DNA of 63,995 nt, the filler included, from Acidimicrobiia bacterium (GTDB taxonomy: Bacteria > Actinomycetota > Acidimicrobiia > Spongiisociales > JAENVV01): the NCBI GenBank assembly GCA_041577335.1. It is 3 parts of 3 records of this genome, joined end to end, with 100 filler letters (N's around TTAATTAATTAA, not from the genome) between each part and the next. Parts side by side here need not be neighbours in the genome. Positions count along the whole stretch, not along the records: positions 49,246 to 63,995 come from JBFGJH010000076.1; 2 more parts are not named here. One strand, written 5' to 3'. The position numbers and the translations under genes were made by a program. Shown piece by piece: positions 59,796-63,995 of this stretch; position 1 is the first letter of the stretch, and the number at the start of each line of letters is the position of its first letter. Below the pieces are notes generated by a model. That model ran no database searches, was not told the DNA's origin, and worked only from the letters and a program-made list of their open reading frames with translations.

Positions 59796-59906
59796 CCCCG
59801 TGACGGTAGTACAACTGACGAGGTCTCCTCCCGCAGGGGGCGAAGCCGACGCTGGGGGAGGTGGACTCGGCGATGGCCGATTCCGGAGGGGGCGGACGTG
59901 ACCCTC

Positions 59907-59942
59907 GAATAGTCCCCCCAACGGATGTTGGGGGGACTATTC
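59907..59942. repeat. Family D 16-bp-stem palindrome
   Basis: GAATAGTCCCCCCAAC-GGAT-GTTGGGGGGACTATTC; related to 50131-50160. Confidence 0.65.
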
Positions 59943-59990
59943 CAAGCCGCGGGCCGCTGGTTGGGCCGCGGCGCTCTACCCTTCTCGGCC

Positions 59991-60416
59991 ATGCGCGATT
60001 CCACCGCGAAGCATCTGTCGACCCTTCACACCTGGCTCTACCGCCTCACCGGAGGCATGATCGGGCGGCGCCTGGTCGACAACGACATGCTCTTGCTGAC
60101 GACGATCGGACGAGTGACCGGACGGGCCCACACCGTGCCCTTGCTGTATCTCGAGGCAACTGACGGCTGGGTGGTGATTGCGTCATGGGGAGGACGACCC
60201 GACAACCCCGAGTGGTACAAGAATCTGGCAGCGCAGCCCGAGGCCACCGTGAAGATCCGGTCTCGGATCCACCCCGTCACGGCCCGTACTGCCGACCGAA
60301 CCGAACGGGCACAGTGGTGGCCGCGGGTCGTGAACGCGTATGAGGGCTACGCCACGTACCAATCGCGCTCCAGCCGCGAAATCCCGCTGGTCTTCCTGCA
60401 CCGTATTCCCGATTGA
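59991..60416 (+). CDS. Deazaflavin (F420)-dependent nitroreductase family protein
   Basis: LLLTTIGR.TG, IASWGG...PEWYKNL, YQSRSSREIP. Confidence 0.88.
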   Translation: MRDSTAKHLSTLHTWLYRLTGGMIGRRLVDNDMLLLTTIGRVTGRAHTVPLLYLEATDGWVVIASWGGRPDNPEWYKNLAAQPEATVKIRSRIHPVTARTADRTERAQWWPRVVNAYEGYATYQSRSSREIPLVFLHRIPD

Positions 60417-60444
60417 CGACCAGCCAGGTACGGTGGGGTGCGCG

Positions 60445-61398
60445 ATGTCAATGCTCGACAAACTGAAAGACAGGATTGCCGATACGGCTGCGGGGCCGTT
60501 TGCCTATGACGACTACCCGCTCCTCAAGACGTTGTCGTATCCCGGTGACCCAGGCCTGTTTTCGCCAGACTCGGCGACGTGGCAGATTACCGCGCATGCG
60601 GCCATCTTCATCGGAGGCATCAGGACGCTGCTCGTCCAGGCCGTTCATCCCGAGGTGGTCGCAGGTGTGCATGATCACTCGAAGTATCGGGAGGACCCGC
60701 TGGGTCGGCTGAGCCGCACCTCGTCGTATGTCACCGCTACTGCTTACGGTGCCATGCCGGAGGTCGAGTCAGCCATTGCCAGAGTCCGGGGAGCGCACCG
60801 GCCGGTGAAAGGCACATCACACCGCGGCGAGACGTATTCGGCCGGACATCCGCAGCTGTCCGCCTGGGTGCACAACGCCATGATCGAGTCATTCGCAGCC
60901 ACGTTTCGTGCTTTTGGGCCTCGGCCCATCGACGACTCGCTGCTCGATCGGTACGTCGCCGAGCAAACCCGGGTCGCTCGCCTTCTGCAGGCGGATCCTC
61001 TACCAGAAAAGTGGGCGGATCTGGAGTCCTGGGTCGCCGACCACCCGGCACTTGCTCCTTCGCCCGGCATGACCGACGTCGTGAAGTTCCTGAGGACTCC
61101 TCCGTTCGATTCATGGCCGCTCCGGATGGCTTATCGGCTCATGTTCGTCGCCGCGGCGGCAACAATCCCGGAGCGAATCCGGACAATCCTCGGCATCCGG
61201 GCTGTCCCCGGAGGCCTTCTGCTGGGTCGCGCCATTGCCGGCTTCCTGAACTGGGGGCTTGGCACCTCGCCTGCGTTGCGAGCCGCGTTGCGAAGGGTCG
61301 GGGCGGACGCTCCCGCCTATGCAAGGTTTCGCCGGCCCATACCCGAAGAGGTACTCGGCTACGAGGCCGCTGAGGTCTCGGGAAGCTCCAACAACTGA
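60445..61398 (+). CDS. Oxygenase MpaB/DUF2236 family protein
   Basis: GDPGLF, LLVQAVHP, DHS.Y, AWVH. Confidence 0.85.
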   Translation: MSMLDKLKDRIADTAAGPFAYDDYPLLKTLSYPGDPGLFSPDSATWQITAHAAIFIGGIRTLLVQAVHPEVVAGVHDHSKYREDPLGRLSRTSSYVTATAYGAMPEVESAIARVRGAHRPVKGTSHRGETYSAGHPQLSAWVHNAMIESFAATFRAFGPRPIDDSLLDRYVAEQTRVARLLQADPLPEKWADLESWVADHPALAPSPGMTDVVKFLRTPPFDSWPLRMAYRLMFVAAAATIPERIRTILGIRAVPGGLLLGRAIAGFLNWGLGTSPALRAALRRVGADAPAYARFRRPIPEEVLGYEAAEVSGSSNN

Positions 61399-61742
61399 AT
61401 GGTGTTGCCGTCGGGGTCGGAGAACGTCGCCACCCAACCTCCCCATGCTTCCTGCTCAGGAGGTCGCGAAAAGGATACCGACGCTCCAAGCAGGCGTCGA
61501 TGCTCCTTGTGGATGTCGGGCACTTCGAGGTTCACCATGACCCGATTTGGCTCCAGCGTTCCGCCCGTGATGCCGGAGTGGACTGCCACCGTGAGCCGCA
61601 TGGCGCCCCATTGGAAGTTGACGAAGCCGTCGCGATCGGATCGCACGGGCAGCTCGAGCGTGTCAACGTAGAACCGTCGCATGGCGGGAAAGCGATCAGC
61701 AGCGGTGTAGATCAATACGCCGGCAAGGCGACGTGGGCTCAT
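61359..61742 (-). CDS. VOC family protein
   Basis: FYVDTL, WGG.VATFSDPDGN.IQL. Confidence 0.8.
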   Translation of the reverse strand: MSPRRLAGVLIYTAADRFPAMRRFYVDTLELPVRSDRDGFVNFQWGAMRLTVAVHSGITGGTLEPNRVMVNLEVPDIHKEHRRLLGASVSFSRPPEQEAWGGWVATFSDPDGNTIQLLELPETSAAS

Positions 61743-62308
61743 GATGAGCTCTCGCCGGCCGGGTCGAGCTGAGCCACCACCGCTCTCAGCGCGTGCACGA
61801 GTGCCGTCCGGTCGGGCTCCCACCGGACCGACGCCGACAGCTCCAACTGCACGCCTCCCAGAGCTGTCCTGTTCACCGGATTATCCGGATGACACCCACG
61901 GAGCCCGTCGGGGATTCCAGCGAGATCGTCAACGACCCGGACGTCGGTGTGGCGCCGCAGGATCGCACCCACCGAGGTTGCCAGCGGCCGGTCGGCACCG
62001 CCAACGAGGATCGATCGTTTCAGATGCGGCCGCCCAAATCCATGCAGGCTGATGACTCGGTCGACATGGCCAAGAAAGCGCTCGAGGCCGGCAGAGTGAC
62101 GACCGTGATACTCGATCGAAGGAATGTGCCACGCCAGGTCATCGGGTTGGATCACGGCATAGAGCGACGCTCCGGTGGCATCTGCCACCTCAATAGCGAC
62201 CTCGGACGTCTCCTCCTCAATCCCCCCATGAAGAGCCATGACGCCCACCGCCGACCCAAACCGGACGTCCTCGACCACCCCAGGATGTGCAAGCAGTTCA
62301 CCGAGCAT
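61739..62308 (-). CDS. Poly-gamma-glutamate hydrolase family (DUF867-like) protein
   Basis: HGGIE, WHIPS, SLHG, NPVN...GVQLEL. Confidence 0.8.
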   Translation of the reverse strand: MLGELLAHPGVVEDVRFGSAVGVMALHGGIEEETSEVAIEVADATGASLYAVIQPDDLAWHIPSIEYHGRHSAGLERFLGHVDRVISLHGFGRPHLKRSILVGGADRPLATSVGAILRRHTDVRVVDDLAGIPDGLRGCHPDNPVNRTALGGVQLELSASVRWEPDRTALVHALRAVVAQLDPAGESSS

Positions 62309-62340
62309 GAAATGGACGCTAGCCGCGTGCTGGGCTTCCG

Positions 62341-62582
62341 TTTCTCCCTCCAGCGAAGCCTTGGCCGAGGTGCAGTCGCGAAGCAACTGCACGGCGACGG
62401 CGAGGGGAGCCCGGAGCGAAGCGGAGGGTTCGAGCCCACCACTACGGCCTCCTGCTGAGAACGCACGTCGTCGCCTCCTCCGCCCCCTCAGCTGTCGCCT
62501 ACCGGTGGCGCCAACCTCAGCTCAGCTGCGAAGCAACTGCATTGAGAACGCGGAGCGTTCTCGCCCCAACGCTCGCTGGAGG
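62341..62582. repeat. Family A composite element with 10-bp terminal inverted repeats (MITE-like)
   Basis: CCTCCAGCGA (62347) ... TCGCTGGAGG (62573); internally similar to 29882-30217. Confidence 0.75.
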
Positions 62583-62594
62583 AGCAGATGCAAG

Positions 62595-63527
62595 TCAGCG
62601 GTTGCGATACCACTCGGCCGTGGGCGGAATGCCGTCCTCGAATGGAGTCGGGTCATCCCAGAACCGTGCGGAGAACTTGGAGTGGTCGACCTGAAACGGC
62701 CGGTCCCACTGGTAGAGCATCTCCTTCGACTCACGCACCGTCGGGTTGAAGACACCGATCGGGGTCATGGCCCACCGGGGGAGCGTCTGGATCTTCAGGT
62801 CGACGCCGAACTCGGCAGCAAACGCGGTGAGCAACTCGCGGACGGTGCGGTCCGGTGCGTTGGGCACGTGCCACGCCTGACCCAACACTTCGTCGCCACC
62901 GTCAGCGACGGAAACGAGCGCCCTGGCGATATCGGGTACATACGTGAAGCTGTGCGGCTGGTCGGGATCGCCGAACGCCTGAGCTGACTTGCCCCGGCTC
63001 ATTCGACCCACCGTGGGCTCCCCGAGCGCAGCCAGCGTGACACCCGGGCCATAGAAGTCGCTGGCGCGAACCGCAACCGCCTTGACGCGGCCCGTGTCGT
63101 GCGCTTCTTGCCAGCTGCGAGTGATCTTCGCACGAACCGCTGGCTTGTTGCCGTAGGCCGTCAACGGCATATCCTCGGTCCGCGGTCCGTCGACCGGTCC
63201 GTACATGTAGAGGTTGTCCATGAAGATGAAGGTCGCGCCAGCGCTCTCGGCACCGTGCAGCATGCCGTCCATGAGCGGCGGCCACAGCTCCGGCCAGTGC
63301 TCGTACCCGGGCAGGCCGACACAGCCGTACACCACCCCGGCGTCGTCGCAAGCGCGCTCTGCTCCTCCTAGATCCGTGATGTCGGCGGCGACGACCTCTA
63401 CTCCCTCCGGCACATTCGCGTTGCCACTGCGGGTAACGACCCGAGTGGGCCGCCCCTCGCCGACAAGGCGCTCGACGAGAGCACGACCAACAGCGCCGGC
63501 TCCGAGCACCACGTTCAACTCGCTCAC
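62595..63527 (-). CDS. NAD-dependent epimerase/dehydratase family protein
   Basis: VLGAGAVG, DNLYMYG, RASDFYGP, HSFTYVPD. Confidence 0.88.
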   Translation of the reverse strand: MSELNVVLGAGAVGRALVERLVGEGRPTRVVTRSGNANVPEGVEVVAADITDLGGAERACDDAGVVYGCVGLPGYEHWPELWPPLMDGMLHGAESAGATFIFMDNLYMYGPVDGPRTEDMPLTAYGNKPAVRAKITRSWQEAHDTGRVKAVAVRASDFYGPGVTLAALGEPTVGRMSRGKSAQAFGDPDQPHSFTYVPDIARALVSVADGGDEVLGQAWHVPNAPDRTVRELLTAFAAEFGVDLKIQTLPRWAMTPIGVFNPTVRESKEMLYQWDRPFQVDHSKFSARFWDDPTPFEDGIPPTAEWYRNR

Positions 63528-63601
63528 TTTTCGTATCCCCTCGACGGTGTCTCCTCAGAGTCAAGTCGGTGGCGCCGGCGTTCGCGCAAACTCTTGGTTC
63601 T

Positions 63602-63627
63602 TTCGACGTGGGCGCAGAGTCGGTTTG
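63602..63627 (-). promoter_or_regulatory. Candidate SigK-like ECF promoter CAAACC-N15-TCGAA
   Basis: Same spacing as the site at 51941-51966. Confidence 0.35.
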
Positions 63628-63816
63628 ACGCAAATCACATCCGGTAGGCCGCGACCTGCTCGCTGCAGGATTTTCGACGGAGTCGGACCAATGAGCGAGG
63701 GGCGGACGGAGCATTCACGTTCCGCCCACTCATTGCCTTTGGGAAGTACGGCGAAGCCGGGGAAGTGAGTTCGCGGAGCAAACTCAATGCAGAACTCCTT
63801 GTTCTGCCAGAGGCAC

Positions 63817-63984
63817 CGGAGCGAAGCGGAGGGTTCGAGCCCACCACCACCGCAACGGCCTCCTGCTGAAAACGCACGTCGTCGCCGCCTACAGCGCCTC
63901 CTCCGCCCCCTCCGTCCTCGGCTCCGCCGAGTCCACCTCCGTGCAGTTGCGACGCAACTGCATTCGAGAACGCTCCGCGTTCTC
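63817..63984. repeat. Family A composite repeat copy
   Basis: CGGAGCGAAGCGGAGGGTTCGAGCCCACCAC...GTGCAGTTGCGACGCAACTGCATTCGAGAACGCTCCGCGTTCTC. Confidence 0.85.
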
Positions 63985-63995
63985 GCCCCAACAGC

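Noticed and set aside
63829..63851. GGGTTCGAGCCCACCACCA as a tRNA T-arm/CCA end
   Set aside because: No 5-bp T-stem with a 7-nt loop and no cloverleaf upstream; it is part of repeat family A.

Overview
GC-rich bacterial DNA, most likely an actinobacterium of the Acidimicrobiia type. This is inferred from SLH domains with a GCNPP..FCP motif, a class F sortase, an F420-type nitroreductase and ECF-type promoters. The window joins three contigs with artificial N/TTAATTAATTAA/N linkers (24619-24718, 49146-49245). Contig 1 carries an LPxTG adhesin, an ECF sigma/anti-sigma pair, a membrane-anchored six-cupredoxin protein, a tandem GAPDH pair whose upstream copy lacks the catalytic Cys, a glycerate kinase, a SoxR-controlled SDR + QueA-like operon, a leader-peptide attenuator in front of a 57-aa Arg-rich ORF, and a two-component system. 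Contig 2 is a C1/methyl-metabolism region: a DmdA-like GcvT, a GFA protein, a selenocysteine formate dehydrogenase (in-frame UGA plus SECIS) split over three genes, Rrf2/TauE, a SAM-II-like riboswitch before a homocysteine methyltransferase, and Fhs. It also holds a STAND/SARP regulator and a 15-repeat SLH surface protein. Contig 3 has a sortase F/DUF4397 pair, an ABC exporter operon and assorted redox enzymes. Modular palindromic intergenic repeat families with compensatory stem changes recur across contigs 2 and 3. No rRNA, tRNA, CRISPR array or transposase was found.
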